This document shows, piece by piece, positions 13,845 to 27,074 of a stretch of DNA of 64,000 nucleotides (position 1 is the first letter of the stretch; each line of letters begins with the position of its first letter). Position numbers and translations under genes: made by a program. A model generated the notes under the pieces. The model did not search any database and had not been told where the DNA came from. It saw nothing but the letters and a program-made list of their open reading frames with translations. Origin of the DNA: Scyliorhinus canicula (taxonomy: Eukaryota); NCBI RefSeq assembly GCF_902713615.1, contig NC_052146.1, positions 293,392,000 to 293,455,999 of the forward strand, given 5' to 3'.

Positions 13845-16800
13845 GTAGTGAGATAGTAAGAATATCGGATGAATATGTAGCTGAAGAGATGGTGTGAGGT
13901 GGAGGGTTTCAGGTTCCTGGGGTATTGGGACCGGTTCTGCGGGAGGTGGGACCTGTACAACCTGGACAGGTTACACCTGGGCAGGGCCAGGTCTGATGCC
14001 CTTTGGGGAGGGGTTCTTGCTAGAGTGGTTGGGGAGGGGTTTAAACTAATTATGTAGGGGGATGGAAAATTATGTACGGATTCAGAGCAGGGGGAATCAA
14101 GAACAAGAGAAAAGAACAGAAAGGAGAAAAAGAAGTGATAGGCAGAAAAATTAAGGACCAGTATCAGATAATAGTACTTAAAAATAAATAGTAAGGAAGG
14201 GACAGGGTACATTAAAAGGGCTAGCCTTAAGGTTTTGTGCCTGAACAGAAGGAGCATAATAAAATGGATGAATTAGTTGCGTAGATGGATGAAAAGGGAT
14301 ATAATATAGTTGGGATTACGGAGACATGGCTCTAAGGTGACTTGGGATGGGAACTAAAACATTGAGGGATATTCAATTTTTACGAACCACAGACAGAAAG
14401 GAAAAGGTGGTGGAGTTGCATTGTTGATTAAAGAAGATATGGCTGCAATATTGAGGAAAGATATTAGTACAGATGATGTGGAATAGGTCTGGGTGGAGTT
14501 AAGAGCGAGGCGATGGTACAGTGGTTAGCACTGTTGCTTCACAGCACCAGGGACCCGGTTCAATTCCCGGCTTGGGTCACTTGTCTGTGCGGAGTCTGCA
14601 CGTTCTCCCCGTGGGTTTCTTCTGAGTGCTCCGATTTCCTCCCACAAGTCCTGAAAGATATGCTTGTTTGGTGAATTGGACATTCTGAATTGTCCCTCAG
14701 TCAACCCGAACGGGCGCCAGAGTGTGGTGATTTTCGCAGTAACTTCACTGCAGTGTTAATGTAAACCTACTTGTAACACTAATGAAGATTATAATAAAGA
14801 AACCATCAAGGGGCAAAAAACCTTCGTTGGGGTGGTGTACAGACCAAACTGCAGTGATAATGTTAGGAACAGCATTAGACTGGAAATCAGGGATGCATGT
14901 GGATAAAGGAACATGTGCGATTATGGGGGACTTTAATCTGCATATAGATTGGGTGACTCGAATTAGTCACAGTACAGCAGAGGAGGAGTGTACACAGGAT
15001 GGCTTTCTGGACCAGTATGTTGAGGAACCAACATGGGAACAGGCCGTCTTGCACTGGGTGTTGTGCAATGAAAGGATTAATTGGCAATCTAGTTGTGAGA
15101 GAACCCCTGGGGATGAGTGACCATAATATGGTGGAATTCTTGATCAAGGTGAATAGTGAGTTAGTTGATTCGGAGACCAGGGTCCTGAACTTCAATAAAG
15201 GTAACTATGATAGTATAGGGAAATTAGAGATAGTATTGGATTCAAAGAAGAGGCATACAGCCCTCCCCAGGACAAACCAGTGATTGTCACAGATCAGTAA
15301 CCACACTGACGCCCCCTCCAGTCTCATATGCTGCCTCCATTGTCCCCACACCCATAGGGCTGCCACCATCGCAGGACTTGTAGAGTACCGAGCCAGCGAG
15401 AACGGCAGGGGCGCCGTCAGTAAAGCCTCCAGACTCGTACCTTTGCAGGATGCTGCCTCCATCCGCTCCCAGACCGACCCCTCCCCCACTACTTGACCAT
15501 TGATATGTTGGCAGTCCAGTAATAGTTAAAGCTCGGGAGAGCCAAGCCCCCTTTCCCCGCGGGCCTGTTCCAGGAGTGTCCTCTTTACTCTTGGGGTTTT
15601 ACCCGAACACATGAACCTCGATATCACCGCGTTCATACTTCTGAAAAAAGCCTTTGGGACAAAAATTGGGAGACATTGAAAAAAAGAAAAGCAGTCTCGG
15701 AAGGACCGTCATTTTCACCACCTGAACCCTCCCGCTAGCATCAGTGGGAGTATGTCCCATCAACGAAAATTCCTTCGATCCACTGCTTTGCCCAAATTTA
15801 GCTTACAAAGCTTTCAGAAGGCTTTTGACAAGGTCTCACAGGGCAGATTAATATGTAAAGTTGGGGCAGCACGGTGGCGCAGTAGGTTAGCCTTATTGCC
15901 TCACAGCACCGAGGTCCTAGGTTCCATCCTGGCTCTGGGTCACTGTCCGTGTGGAGTTTGCACATTCTCCCAGTGTTTGCGTGGGTTTCGCCCCCACAAC
16001 CTAAAAGATGTGCAGGCTGGGTGGATTGGCCATGCTAAATTGCCCCTTAATTGGAAAAAAAATGAATTGGGCACTCTAATTTTAAAAAAAAATGTAAAGT
16101 TAAAGCTCATGGGATTATGGGTAGTGTTTTGAGATGGATAAAAGTCTGGCTAGCAGACGGGAAGCAAAAAGTTGAAATCAATGTATCTTTTTCTGATTGG
16201 CAGGCAGTGACTAGTGGAGTACATTACCGCAGGGATCTGTGCTAGAGCTCCAACTGTTCACATTATATATTAATGATTTGGACGAGGGAACTCAATGTAT
16301 TATCTCCAAATCTGCAGATGTTACATAGTTGGGTGGAAGGGTGAGCTGTGAGGAGGATGCAGAGATGCTTCAGCGGGATTTGGGCAGGCTGAGTGAGTGG
16401 GCACATGCATAGCAGATGCAGTATACCTTGGTGTCCTCGTGCATCAGTTGCTGAAAGCAAGCAGCTGCAGCAGGCAGTAAAGCAGGCAAACGTTATGCTG
16501 GCCTTCACAGCGAGAGGATTTGAATATAGGAATAGAGATGTTTTACTGCAATTGTATGGGGCATTGGTGAGGCCACACCTGGAGTACTGTGTGCAGTTTT
16601 GGTGCCCTTATCGGAGGAAGGATGTTCTTGCTATGGAGGGAGTGCAGGGAAGGTTTACCAGGCGGATTCAGGACTGTCATATGAGGAGCGACTAAATCGG
16701 TTAGGATTATATTCATTGGAGTTTAGAAGAACAAGGTAGGATCTCGTAGAAACGTGCAAAATTCAAATAGGATTAGACAAGGTAGATTCAGAAAGAATGT

Positions 16801-17102
16801 TCCCGATGGAGGGGAATCCAGAACTAGGGGTCATAGTTTGAGGATAAGGGGTAAACCTTTTCGGACTGAGGTGAGGAGAAATGTATCACCCAGAGACAGT
16901 GATGAATCTGTGGAATTCGCTACCACAGAAGGTACTCGAGGTGAAAACATTGTGTAACTTCAAGGAGGAATTAGAGAAAGGCTTTGGGGCTAAAGGAATA
17001 TGGGGGGAGGGCGGGATCAGGGTATTGAACTTGATGATCATAATGAATGGCGGAGCAGGCTCAAAGGGCTGAATGGCCTCCTCCTGCTTCTATTTGCTAT
17101 GT
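13845..17102 (+). mobile_element. Fragmented CR1 LINE with nested SINEs and an L1 fragment (TFB2M intron)
   Basis: GITETWL, MGDFN, FQKAFDKV, LVRPHLEYCVQFW; CR1 3' tail. Confidence 0.88.
15205..15790 (-). mobile_element. L1 ORF2 internal fragment (antisense) nested in CR1
   Basis: Minus strand EAASCKGTSLEALLTAPLP...WVWGQWR matches the 55.1 kb segment of the full-length L1. Confidence 0.8.
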
Positions 17103-17213
17103 TTAACATAGCTTCTCTTACAAGATCTCCAATTTGTTTCTTTAACTAAAAAGAATAGATAGCGTCCCAAGTATTTATTGATACGTACAATCAGCAGGCA
17201 AATGGAAACTTAC

Positions 17214-17276
17214 CGAACTGCGTGGTATTGCACAGGCACCATTTTTAGAATTTGTAGCAAAAGATGACCAAGGTTC
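17214..17276 (-). CDS. TFB2M: TFB2M coding exon 6
   Basis: 63 nt; EPWSSFATNSKNGACAIPRSS; ttttag / gtaagt. Confidence 0.9.
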
Positions 17277-18890
17277 CTAAAATAAATAATTCACTCAAAA
17301 TTATATTTGATATTTCAAAGCAATAGATATTATAGTAATACTACACTAAACACAAAATGTTCAACCTAATGCCCCATGAATGGAGGTACCATGAAGGGAG
17401 GGCAGTACAGTGGGTAGCACATTGGCCTCACAGCGCCAGGGCCCTAGGTTTGGTTCCCGGGTCACTGTCTGTGTGAAGTCTGCACGTTCTCCCTGTGTCT
17501 GCATGGGTTTCCTCCGGGTGCTCCGCTTTCCTCCCACAAGTCCCGAAAGACATGCTGTTAGGTGAATTGGACATTCTGAATTCTCCCTCTGTGTACCCAA
17601 ACAGGCGCCGGAATGTGGCGACTAGGGGTTTTCCACAGTAACTTCACTGCAGTGTTAATGTAAGCCTACTTGTGACAAAAATAAAGATTATGAACTATGT
17701 CACAATCAATAAAATATAATAATAATCTTCATAGAATCCCTACAGTGCAGAAGGAGGCCATTTGGCCCATCGAGTCTGCACCTACCCTTTGAAAGAGCAC
17801 CCTACATATGCCCGATCTCCCACCCTATCCCGTAACTCCACATACTTGGGGGCAATTCATCATGGCCAATCCATCTAACCTGCACATCTTGGGACAGTGG
17901 GAGGAAACCGGAGCACCCGGCAGAAACTCACGCGTACACAAGGAGAATGTGCAAACTCCACGGTCACCCTAAGTCAGAATCAAACCAGGCTCACTGACGC
18001 TGAGACACAGCAGTGCTAACCACTGAGACAGTGTATTGCCCTACACCACATGGGCTGCAACGGCTCAAGGTGACGGATCACCTTAGGGAAATTAGGGATG
18101 TGCAATAAACGCTGGCCTAGCCAGCGACACGTATATCCTGCAATATAATTTTTTAAAACTGCTACAGCCATGTTATTAAGCCAAGTACTGGAAGAGGGCA
18201 CATGGCCTAGCAAGCCACTCAATTCACGGGCAATTAGGGATGCACAAATGCTGGCCCAGCTATCGATGCACACATGCCCAGGAATTAATTTGTTTTTTAA
18301 ATCTCAATTTAGAGAAGTCCAGTGCAAAGCCAGCTGAATTAGTTTATCATCACAATTTAGCAGTGCTCCAAAGAAGCAAGGATCAGAGAGGGATTCTAAG
18401 CTCTGTGTGAGTGAGGGTTATTGACCACTTAGGGAAAGAGGAAACTGACAAGCGGATGGAACGGCCAAACAGACGAGATTTAAAGAAAAGGCAGCTTTGG
18501 CAAACAACATATGCACAGCTAGTTCTAATTCAGCTTGTGAAAAGCCTAAAAGGGCACATGCATTTGCAGAACCAGTGAGCTCCTTCATTCACATACTTGT
18601 GATTAAAATTAAGATCCACATGAAGCAGGATATAAGGCTGCACAAAAGATCACTTTAATCTTAGTGTTTTCATGATAGCTGACATTTCAAAGTCTGGAAG
18701 TAGATCTTCAGGTTGTCAAATCACAAAGTCACTGCATGATTGCAGTTTGTATTTGTATCACAGTGATGTGATATGGCCACCGGAAATAGTATCAATGTTA
18801 CAGGAGCTAAAAAAGGTGAACGAAATACATGCAAATAAAAGCACAGTCCACAATTTACAATCATAGCATTAAAGGGAAACCAATTCTCAC

Positions 18891-18980
18891 CTTGTGCAAT
18901 AGCTGTATTTCACAAGCAATCTGGCACAGGGCAGCCAATGCCTGATAGTTCTTCAGGTTCCCAGCCTCTGCTGTCAGCTT
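18891..18980 (-). CDS. TFB2M: TFB2M coding exon 5
   Basis: 90 nt; KLTAEAGNLKNYQALAALCQIACEIQLLHK; tgtag / gtgaga. Confidence 0.93.
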
Positions 18981-19083
18981 CTACATGTAAAATAACAAAA
19001 CGCTCGATTTCAACAATTGAATTCAAAGCACAAGTCACACGTATACGTCTCAGGCACTTAAAAAAAAAAATTGTCAAACATAC

Positions 19084-19232
19084 CGTGTATTCTTTCTCAC
19101 TCATGAACATATTCATTTCTATTCTCCCGTGTTGAAACACGGAAATCCGTTCGTAAATAGCATAAATAAGCTTCCAAATCATGCTCCGTTCATTTCTTTG
19201 TGGGAAGATTCCAACTACTCTTATTGGAATAT
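19084..19232 (-). CDS. TFB2M: TFB2M coding exon 4
   Basis: 149 nt; DIPIRVVGIFPQRNERSMIWKLIYAIYERISVFQHGRIEMNMFMSEKEYT; ttttctag / gtatg. Confidence 0.95.
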
Positions 19233-19461
19233 CTAGAAAAGAGAATTGTGATTTCAGAGTGCGATACTTAATTTGTCCAAATCCCAAATCAAAATCCACT
19301 CATGCCATAGCTATAAAACTTCCTGCTACCTTCTCCACCCCCATTTGCTACTGAAGGTGTTGACTCCATGTAGGGGTATGGTTCCACATGTGAAATATAC
19401 TGCACTCCAGTAGTCAGCCTTCATCTGTGAGCCCACACAGGATATTGACCAAAGTCAATAC

Positions 19462-22090
19462 CAAAGGGTTTAAACTAGTATGGCTGGGGGGAGGGTACCG
19501 GAGCAATAGATCAGAAGGTGAAAGCATTGAGGGAGAACTAGGGAACAGGGCCAGTATGGCTCTGAGGAAGAGCAGACAGGGAGATGTTGCTGAAAACAGC
19601 GGGTCTGGTGGCCTGAAGTGCATATGTTTTAATGCAAGAAGTATAACGGGCAAGGCAGATGAACTTAGAGCTTGAATTAGTACTTGGAACTATGATGTTG
19701 TTGTCATTACAGAGACCTGGTTGAGGGAAGGACAGGATTGGCAGCTAAACATTCCAGGATTCAGATGTTCCAGGTGGGATAGAGGGGGATGTAAAAGGGG
19801 TGGTGGAGTTGCGCTACGAGTTAGGGAGAATATCACAGCTGTACTACGGGAGGACACCTCAGAGGGCAGTGAGGTGTGAATACATGAGTAGAGATCAGGA
19901 ATAAGGGTGCAGTCACAATGTTGGGGGTTTACTACAGGCCTCCCAACAGCCAGCAGGAGATAGAGGAGCAGATAGGTAGACAGATTTTGGAAAAGACAAA
20001 GCAACAGGGTTGTTGTGATGGGAGACTTTAACTCCCCCAATATTGACAGGGATATATACGGCAAATTTTGGGAACCTTGGATAACGAGAGATATTGTAGG
20101 CCTCATCAAAAAGAAAAATGTCAACGTCAGCTAGAAGGCTGGGAACAGATGAAGCCTGCGTGGAATAGAAGGAAAATAGGAAGGAACTTAAGTAAGGTGT
20201 CAGGAGGGCTAAAAGGGGTCACAAAAAGTCATTGGCAAATAGGGTTAAGGAAAATCCCAAGGCTTTTTACATGTACATAAAAAGCAAGAGGGTAGCCAGG
20301 GAAAGGGTTGGCCCACTGAAGGATAGGCAAGGGAATCTATGTGTGAAGCCAGAGGAAATAGGAGAGGTACTAAATGAATACCTTGCATCAGGATTCACCA
20401 AAGAGAAGGAATTGGTGGGTGTTGAGTCTGGAGAATGGTATGTAGATAGCCTGGGTCACATGAGATCCAAAAAGACGAGGTGGTGGGCGTCTAGAAAAAT
20501 ATTAAGGTAGATAAGTCCCCAGGGCCTGATGGGATCTACCCCAGAATACTGAAGGAGGCGAGAGGAAATTGCTGAGGCCTTGACAGAAATCTTTGGATCC
20601 TCAGTCTTCAGGTGATGTCCCGGAGGACTGGAGAATAGCCAATGTTGTTCCTTTGTTTAAGAAGGGTAGCAAGGATAATCCAGGGAACTACAGGCCGGTG
20701 AGTCTCATGTCAGTGGTAGGGAAATTACTGGAGAGAATTCTTCGAGATATGATCTACTCCCATTTGGAAGCAAATGGACCTATTAGCGAGAGGCAGCATG
20801 GTTTTGTGAAGGGGAGGTTGTGTCTCACTAATTTGATAAGAGTTTTTCGAAGAGGTCACAAAGTGATTGATGCAGGTAGGGGCAGTGGATGTTGTCTATA
20901 TGGACAAGGTCCCTCATGGCAGACTGGTACAAAAGGTGAAGTCACATGGGATCAGGGGTGAGCTGGCAAGATGGATACAGAACTGGCTAGGTCATAGAAG
21001 GCAGAGAGTGGCAATGGAAGGGTGCTTTTCTGATTGGAGGGCTGTGACTAGTGGTGTTCCGTAAGGATCAGTGCTGGGACCTTTGCTGTTCGTAGTATAT
21101 ATAAATGATTTGGAGGAAAATGTAACTGGTCTGATTAGTAAGTTTGCGGACGACACAAAGGTTGGTGGAATTGCGGATAGAGATGAGGACTGTCAGAGGA
21201 TACAGCAGGATTTAGATCGTTTGGAGACTTGGGCAGAGAGATGGCAGGTGTAGTTTAATCCGGACAAATGTGAAGTAATGCATTTTGGAAGGTCTAATGC
21301 AGGTAGGGAATATACAGTGAATGGTAGAACCCTCAAGAGTATTGACAGTCAGAGAGATCTAGGTGTACAGGTCCACAGGTCACTGAAAGGGGCAACACAG
21401 GTGGAGAAGGTAGTCAAGAAGGCATACGGCATGCTTGCCTTCATTGGCCGGGGCATTTTAGTTTAGACGGGCAATAAGAATTGGCAAGTCATGTTGCAGC
21501 TGTATAGGACCTTTGATAGGCCACACTTGGAGTATAGTGTTCAATTCTGGGCGCCACACTACCACAAGGATGTGGAGGCTTCAGAGAGGGTGCAGAAGAG
21601 ATTTACCAGGCTGTTGCCCGGTACGGAGGGCATTAGATATGAGGAGAGGTTGAATAAACGTGGTTTGTTCTCACTGGAACAACGGAGGTTGAGGGGCGAC
21701 CTGATAGAGGTCTACAAAATTATATGGGGCACAGACAAAGTGGATAGTCAGAGGCTTTTTCCCAGGGTAGAGGGGTCAATTACTCGGGGGCATAGGTTTA
21801 AGGTGCGAGGGGCAAGGTTTAGAGAAGATGTACGAGGCAAGTTTTTTTTCTTTCTTTTTTTTGTTACACAGAGGGTAGTGAGTGCCTGGAACTCGCTGCC
21901 GGAGGAGGTGGTGGAAGCAGGGACGATAGTGACATTTAAGGGGCATCTTGACAAATACATGAATAGGATGGGAATAGAGGGATACGGACCCCGGAAGTGT
22001 AGAAGATTTTAGTTTAGACGGGCAGCATGGTCGGCACAGGCGTGGAGGGCCGAAGGGTCTGTTCCTGTGCTGTACTTTTCTTTGTCCTTT
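19462..22090 (+). mobile_element. CR1 LINE (endonuclease plus RT) with an internal deletion
   Basis: CICFNARS, PEDWRIANVVPLFKKG, KFADDTK, RPHLEYSVQFW; probable TSD GTCAAT. Confidence 0.9.
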
Positions 22091-22983
22091 GTCAATCCTG
22101 AACTTTCTTCATCCATCTTTCAGTGAGAAGCTGGACAGCTTCAAGAACAGGAACCTTGGTTGACATTTCCTTCACCAACTTGAGGGTGCTGATGCCGATT
22201 GCAATGGCCCCAACTGATGCACTCCAAAATATTGGAGAAAAGGCATGTTGAAAATAATGCAGCAGACAGGTAAAGGAGCAGTGTGAAGGATGGACACAAG
22301 CAGGTTATGCCAGCAGGAATGCTCTGGGAGTAAAAGAAAAAAAAGAACCCCCCCCCCCCCAATATTGAAGAATCTACCAAGGAAAACACACAAGGTGTTT
22401 GTCTAGTTAAAATGTGACCCGTATACAATGTGCATAAATCCAATGCAATTATTGAAGTACTATTCAAATTAGTGCAGAAGGTGGATTCAGGGTACAATAC
22501 ACAACATCAAACTGATAAAGAAATAAAACACTTGCAATTATCCAACACCTTTCACGTCTCAAGGACGCCCCAAAGTGCTTTGCAGACAGAGGTTCTTATT
22601 AAATGTAGGCATTATCATGTAGGAAATAAGGCAGTGAATATGCCCACAGCAAACTTCCTCAAACACCAAAGTGATAGTAACATCAATTGAGGAATAAATA
22701 TTGGACAGTACACTGGGATAGCTTCCCCGCTCTACGGCTGCCTTGGGTGTCCACCCCCCCTTCTGCCTGACGGAGCAGACAGGGTCTCAGTTTAACATTT
22801 GAGCCAAAAGTCATGACATACTGCCTCAGTACAGCAATGGAACGTCAATCTCGATTTCTGTGCCCAACTGGGTTTTGAACTCTCAGTTTTGGTCTCAGGT
22901 GAGACTTCCGCCAACTGAATCATTCCGACACAAACCACCTCCACCTGTTCATTCCAAGGGACTAAATAGTATATTTCAATGTT

Positions 22984-23209
22984 CGCGGGAGGCACGGTGG
23001 CACAATGGTTAGCACCGCTGCCTCACGGCGCTGAGGTCCCAGGTTTGATCCCGGCTCTGGGTCACTGTCTGTGTGGAGTTTGCATTCTCCCCGTGTTGCC
23101 GTGGATTTTGCCACCACAATTCAAACATGTGCAGGGTAGGTGGATTGGCCACACTAAATTGCCCTTAATTGGAAAAATATGAATTGGGTACTCTAAATTC
23201 ATATAAAAA
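22984..23209 (+). mobile_element. SINE, poly-A-tailed subfamily
   Basis: 13-bp TSD ATATTTCAATGTT; tail TTAATTGGAAAAA..AATTGGGTACTCTAAATT(A)n. Similar copies at ~6245, 6987, 8165, 15863, 28900, 35180, 40044, 49659. Confidence 0.9.
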
Positions 23210-23264
23210 ATATTTCAATGTTTGCAAAAAGTAGTTGTTGCCAGTACACACAAAGCTGCTCTTA

Positions 23265-23278
23265 GCACCATCTAGTGG
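23265..23278 (-). promoter_or_regulatory. Candidate CTCF site in a TFB2M intron
   Basis: CCACTAGATGGTGC on the minus strand, close to the CTCF core consensus, in non-repeat sequence. Confidence 0.45.
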
Positions 23279-23412
23279 AGTTTTATCCACATTGCGACTC
23301 AGCCTTTAGAAAGTTTGAGGAGCAGTTCTTCACAACATCAGCATTGCTGGAACATTAAAAATGAGGATTGTTGAACTCAATTGCTGAATTAGAGAGAGAA
23401 AGAAATAATCAC

Positions 23413-23566
23413 CTTCACTCCAAGCGACAGGTGGTATTCCCAGATCATCGAAGAGCTTTTCAGAAAACATGGCAGGCGGTCTCACTGGGCCACGACCAAT
23501 TGGATCCAGTTTGAAGAAATCACAGTGCACCACCTCCAATTGTCCATTCAAACGCCTTTCTAGGGA
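23413..23566 (-). CDS. TFB2M: TFB2M coding exon 3
   Basis: 154 nt; SLERRLNGQLEVVHCDFFKLDPIGRGPVRPPAMFSEKLFDDLGIPPVAWSE; HCDFFKLDP is characteristic; phases match neighbours. Confidence 0.95.
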
Positions 23567-23980
23567 CTAAATGTTTATTTCAATGTTTCAGAAAACGCTC
23601 CTGGAGACATTTCTCATAAGCTGCCAATTCCTTTGTTTGACTTTAAAGAACCAATGGCAAAGTCCAGGTAATGGAGCAGCTCAGGTTGGGGGGGGAGGGG
23701 GGGGGGGGCAGGCTGACTTCAAAGTCTAATGGCTTGTATCCGCACTCAGGTGCTATATCAATGGGATAGTTTGCCATATTAAGTGGAGTAGGTCTCAAAA
23801 ACATAGGGCTGGGTGGGAACAAGAGGCTTGTAATGTCTATCAGGACACAGACAGAATTACTTGTGTCAAAAACACAATGCCAAGTACAAACTCGATTCTT
23901 TCAGAAGCTGAATTTAAACCAAAGCTTGCATGCCACAGAATAGGGCTATAAGTCTAAATTTCAACAATCTTGGACAGAGT

Positions 23981-24112
23981 GGCCGGGATTCTCTGTAATG
24001 CCGGAGCCTGGGGATTTCCCAACAGCGTGGAGATGCCCCAGAATGGGAAACCCCATTGACCGGCTGGCGTAACGGAGAATCCCGCCGGCCTGTCGGGGCG
24101 GAGAATCCCGCC
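23981..24112. mobile_element. Short MITE (PIF/Harbinger-like)
   Basis: TIR GGC(C)GGGATTCTC / GAGAATCCCGCC; 3-bp TSD AGT. Confidence 0.65.
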
Positions 24113-24127
24113 AGTATCTCTGAACTT

Positions 24128-26870
24128 AAGAACTAGGAGCAGAAGTTGGCCATCTGGCCCCTCGAACCTGCTCCGCCATTCAATGAGATCACGGCTGATG
24201 TTTTGTGGACTCAGCTCCATTTTCCGGCCCGAACACCATAACCCTTAATCCCTTTATTCTTCAAAAAACTATCTATCTTTACCTTGAAAACATTTAATGA
24301 AGGAGCTTCAACTGCTTCATTGGGCAAGGAATTCCATAGATTCACAAACTTTTGGGTGAAGAGGTTTCTCCTAAACTCAGTCCTAAATCTACTTCCCCTT
24401 ATTTTGAGGCTCTGACCCTAGTTCTGCTTTCACCCGCCAGTGGAAAACTGCCCGCATCTATCCTATCTATTCCCTTCATAATTTTATGTTTCTATAAGAT
24501 CCCCCCGCGTCCTTCTGAATTCCAACGAGTACAGTCCCACTCTACTCAACCTCTCCTCGTAATCCAAACCCCCTCAACTCTGGGATTAACCTAGTGAATC
24601 TCCTCTGCACACCCTCCAGCGCCAGTATGTCCTTTCTCAGGTAAAGAGACCAAAATTGAACACAATATTCCAGGTGTGGCCTCACTAACACCGTATACAG
24701 TCGCAGCATAACCTCCCTAGTCTTAAACTCCCTCCCTCTAGCAATGAAGGACAAAATTCCATTTGCCTTCTTAATCACCTGTTAACCAACTTTTTGCGAC
24801 TCATGCACTAGCACACCCAGGTCTCTTTGCACAGCAGCATGTTTTGATATTTTATAATTTAAATAATAATCCCTTTTGCTGTTATTCCTACCAAAATGGA
24901 TAACCTCACATTTGTCAACATTGTATTCCATCTGCCAGACCCTAGCCCATTCACTTAACCTATCCAAATCCCTCTGTAGACTTCCTGTATCCTCTGCAAT
25001 TTTTGCTTTACCACTCATCTTAGTGTCGTCTGCAAACTTGGACACATTGCACTTGGTCCCCAACTCCAAATCATCTGTGTAAATTGTGAACAATTGTGGG
25101 CCCAACACTGATCCCGGAGGGACACCACTAGCTACTGATTGCCAACCAGAGAAACACCCATTAATCCCCACTCTGTTTTCTATTAGGGCAGCACGGTAGC
25201 ATGGTGGTTAGCATAAATGCTTCACAGCTCCAGGGTCCCAGGTTCGATTCCCGGCTGGGTCACTGTCTGTGCGGAATCTGCACGTCCTCCCCGTATGTGC
25301 GTGGGTTTCCTCCGGGTGCTCCGGTTTCCTCCCACAGTCCAAAGATGTGCGGGTTAGGTGGATTGGCCATGCTAAATTGCCCTTAGTGTCCTAATAAAGT
25401 AAGGTTAAGGGGGGGTTATTGGGTTACGGGTGGTTACGTGGGTTTGAGTAGGGTGATCATGGCTCGGCACAACATCGAGGGCCGAAGAGCCTGTTCTGTG
25501 CTGTACTGTTCTATGTTCTATTAATTAACCAATCCTCTATCCATGCTACTACTTTACCCGAAATGCCATGCATCTTTATCTTATGCAGCAACCTTTTGTG
25601 TGGCACCTTGTCAAAAGCTTTCTGGAAATCCAGATATACCACATCCATTGGCTCCCCATTGTCTACCGCACTGGTAATGTCCTCAAAACATTCCACTAAA
25701 TTAGTTAGGCACGACCTGCCCTTTATGAACCCATGCTGCGTCTGCCCAATGGGACAATTTCCATCCAGATGCCTAGCTATTTCTTCCTTGATGATAGATT
25801 CCAGCATCTTCCCTACTACCGAAGTTAAGCTACCTGGCCGATAATTACCCACTTTCTGGCTACCAACTTTTTAAAATAGTGGTGTCACGTTTGCTAATTT
25901 CCAATCGGCCGGGACCACCCCAGAGTCTAATGAATTTTGGTAAATTATCACTAGTGCATTTGCAATTTCCCTAGCCATCTCTTGCAGTACCCTGGGATGC
26001 ATTCCATCAGGGCCTGGCGTTTTGTCTAACTTTAGCCCCATTAGCTTGCCCATCACTCCCTCCTTAGTGATAACAATTGTCTCAAGGTCCTCACCTGTCA
26101 TAGCCTCATTTCTATCAGTCAATGGTATGTTATTTGTGTCTTCTACTGTGAAAACCAACCCAAAAAACTGTTCAGTTCCTCAGCTATTTTCTCATCCCCC
26201 ATTATTAAATCTCCCTTCCCATCCTCTGAAGGACCAATATTTGCCTTAACCACTCTTTTGTTTTATATATTTGTCGAAACTTTTACTTTCTGTTTTTATA
26301 TTCTGAGCAAGTTTACTCTCATAATCTATCTTACTTTTCTTTATACCTTTATTAGTAGCTTTCTGTTGCCCCCCTAAAGATTTCCCAGTCCTCTGGTCTC
26401 CCACTAATCTTTGCCACTTTGTATGTTTTTCCTTCAATTTGATACTCTCCCTTATTTCCTTAGATATCCACGGTCGATTTTCCCTCTTTCTACCCTCCTT
26501 CCTTTTTGTTGGTATAAACCTTTGCTGAGCACGGTGAAAAATCGCTTGGAAGGTTCTCCACTGTTCCTCAACTGTTTCACCATAAAGTCTTTGCTCCCAG
26601 TCTACCTTAGCTAACTCTTCTCTCATCCCATTGTAATCTCTTTTGTTTAAGCACAAAACATTAGTGTTTGATTTTACCTTCTCACCCTCCATCTGTATTT
26701 TAAATTCCACCATATTGTGTTTGTTCCTTCGGAGAGGATCCCTAACTATGGAGATCATTAATCAATCCTGTCTCATTACACAGGCCCAGATCTAGGGCTG
26801 CTTGTTCCCTTGTAGGTGTTCCCTCGTAGGTTCCATTACATATTGTTCTAGGAAACTATCGCAGATACAA
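24128..26870 (-). mobile_element. CR1 LINE (RT to 3' end), minus strand, with a SINE insertion
   Basis: YLDFQKAFDKVPH, KFADDTK, VRPHLEYCVQFW on the minus strand. Confidence 0.9.
25186..25515 (+). mobile_element. Full tRNA-derived HE1/V-SINE-like SINE with CR1-type tail
   Basis: A/B boxes (GGTTCGATTCC); core GGTTTCCTCCGGGTGCTCCGGTTTCCTCCCAC; TSD TTCTATTA. Similar copies at ~6515, 9570, 17730, 28435, 31433, 37065, 41232, 42004, 43994, 44408, 49895. Confidence 0.9.
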
Positions 26871-27074
26871 TGTAAATTTCTCCAATCAAAATTAGAGGTG
26901 TGTATACGTTGCCAGCAAAGGAAATTCGTGACAATATTTGTGAACACTGGGCGGTGAGTCAAGCCAAAAAGAAGTTTGACTTTGGTGTTTACTGCCTTGA
27001 ACATTTAAGCATTTTTGCCTTGGCTCCAGCTAATCTATCACTTGAAATAGCCGATCAATTAATTGGTTCCCTCT

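Noticed and set aside
25186-25260. tRNA-like A/B-box sequences (many copies)
   Set aside because: These are SINE heads, not tRNA genes; each continues into a SINE core and tail.
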